This document shows positions 62,206 through 64,000 of a stretch of 64,000 nt of DNA, in pieces. Position numbers and translations under genes: made by a program. The notes beneath the pieces are model-generated. The model searched no databases. It was not told where the DNA came from and worked only from the letters and a program-made list of their open reading frames with translations. Position 1 is the stretch's first letter, and the number at the start of each line of letters is the position of its first letter. This DNA is from Nemertoderma westbladi (taxonomy: Eukaryota > Animalia > Xenacoelomorpha), in assembly GCA_032718475.1 (NCBI GenBank), contig JAUCBJ010001883.1, forward strand, positions 1-64,000. The letters are read 5' to 3'.

Positions 62206-62271
62206 CAGCGCTGATACAATGTCAATGAGAACAAACATTGACAATATTAAAATCATCTTCACAGCCGTCAT
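62206..62271 (-). CDS. Putative first coding exon encoding a signal peptide
   Basis: aaatATG start; MTAVKMILILSMFVLIDIVSAL (basic residue, hydrophobic core, V-S-A cleavage site); canonical phase-0 donor CTG|GTAAGT. Confidence 0.6.
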
Positions 62272-62644
62272 ATTTGATAGTATAAAGTCAGTATTGCTCC
62301 GAAATATTGGCGATATTGTTTCGGGGAAAACAACTTAGAGATTAAAATAATGAAAACAATTCTAACAGCACACGATGAACACTAACAACTTTAGTAGTAG
62401 TTACTTAAAAGAGTTAACCAAATAAACCAATGAGTATCGAAAATCAATTCAGATTTACTGGCGATCAGGAAAAGCAACCAATCCCTACCCACTCAGATAC
62501 ACGATGGGCTTTCACAAATCGCTCACCGTTGTCATATGATATGCTCTCTCTATTGTCAGGTGAAAATAAACGTGGTTGAGAAAACACAAACCAAATTAAT
62601 CAAGAACAAGCTATTTGGTGGTAGGTGTACGCATACTGAACCAG

Positions 62645-62816
62645 AACAAAATTGCGCCGCCACAACTCCCTATCACCCATGACATTTGCTAGATCATCCG
62701 CATCTTCAAGGCCAGTGTCCTTTAAGATGCGTCTCAAGAAAATCATGGGCTGTCCACCATTCTTATTCACTCCATGAGGCTGCCAAAGCACAAGAATATG
62801 TATTGTCTGTTCCTCA
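62645..62816 (-). mobile_element. RTE 3' fragment
   Basis: LVLWQPHGVNKNGGQPMIFLRRILKDTGLEDADDLANVM. Confidence 0.8.
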
Positions 62817-63855
62817 CCCGCCAGTGTGCAGTGCATAAGTACAAAGAACAAGTACCCACCAAAGTATTAATAATATGAAAAACAAAGCCCCCAGCTTATA
62901 GTAGTACTAATAATGAATGGATTGATATATCGTCCCTTTCATTTTCAAACAACCTAAATGACAAAATTGACTTTTCCTGTAAAACAGCATTATTGATTCT
63001 AATTTTGTTTGCAAGTAATACTCCAGGATTTTGGTCTTATTTACTTTTAAATAAATTAAATGTAACAATTTTAAACAAAAACAGTTTTGGTATTGGAATT
63101 ATGTAACATATTAGGTAGGAAACTATGTATAGGGATATAGGTTGTTTCAAAAAAAAATTATTACATTTTTTACAATGATTACTCAAAAAGCATTAAAACG
63201 CTTAAGACAAATTCGATTATTAAGTTTTAAAAATGTAAATCAAATCTCCCCATATCATAATAAACAACAATTATGCCTCCTGAATCGTTGTTTCCTATTT
63301 TATATCAACGTTTCCTGGCCTTACCTTATTTATAATAGTAAAATGTGTTATATAGGTTGTTTTAAAAAATATATATTTATCATGCGGTCTATACAAAACT
63401 GGGCATATAGGTGGTTTTGAAACGTTAAATATCTCAGTTATACGTGGGAGTATGGCCTTCTAAGTGTGTTAATCGGATTCAGAATACATTTTAAGATAAA
63501 GAAATGCAGAAATCTCCATTTCGGCAAAAATTGCATATAGGTGGTTTCTAAATGAATGGGACGATATGATACGTAAATGTTACTACATATCCAGTATGTA
63601 TAAGATAGTCCAGGTGGAGAGCGCAAATGGAGAATTTGCGCCGTGCGAGTGCATGGCCGACGGCGTTGTTGGCCATGTGGTATTGTTCTAGAATATTACA
63701 GTATTATTAATGCCATTTAAAGTTAAAAGTTAAAGCCCATGTTGCTGATGGAAAATAACAAATGCCTACCTTGATTTTGTTAAGGTCAGTTTTGTTTATA
63801 CTTGAAGGCTTACATATGTAAGTATACATGGGCATAATATTCCAAATACTTTTGT

Positions 63856-63889
63856 TGCGCCTGTCGATTCGTATAAATCGACAGGCGCA
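63856..63889. repeat. 14-bp perfect stem hairpin
   Basis: tgcgcctgtcgatt-cgtata-aatcgacaggcgca. Confidence 0.8.
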
Positions 63890-64000
63890 TAAACCCCCCC
63901 AATTTATATTACACGTGTATTATTATTTGTGGAAGCAACACATAACCCTAAGCTGGTGGAAGTGGATATCTTTTGGAACACAAAAGATATACCAGAGAAC

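Overview
AT-rich, transposon-saturated eukaryotic (invertebrate-like) genomic DNA; not prokaryotic, and I found no CRISPR, rRNA or true tRNA gene. The dominant feature is an 18.4-kb BEL/Pao LTR retrotransposon on the minus strand (9995-28358, ACACA target-site duplication). It has: TATA..TATA rather than TG..CA termini; a disabled gag-pol; an intact 1241-aa third ORF in the env position with a WRN/EXD/Mut-7-like DEDDy 3'-5' exonuclease domain plus CCHC knuckles; a primer-binding site complementary to its own LTR rather than to a tRNA; a tRNA-like Pol III cassette in each LTR; and a 17-nt hairpin motif repeated at least 9 times across coding (two different frames) and non-coding parts. Also present: a frameshifted Rickettsia Pat1-like patatin gene embedded among host MITEs (candidate horizontal transfer); two minus-strand exons (signal peptide at 62.2 kb; KR-flanked cyclic amidated peptide at 7.2 kb) that may form a neuropeptide-precursor gene spanning about 55 kb; a nested Gypsy stack with a young intact Mag-like element; 48-bp and 68-bp tandem arrays; RTE/L2/CRE LINE fragments; and many MITEs. 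All family assignments come from motif recognition by eye, not database searches.
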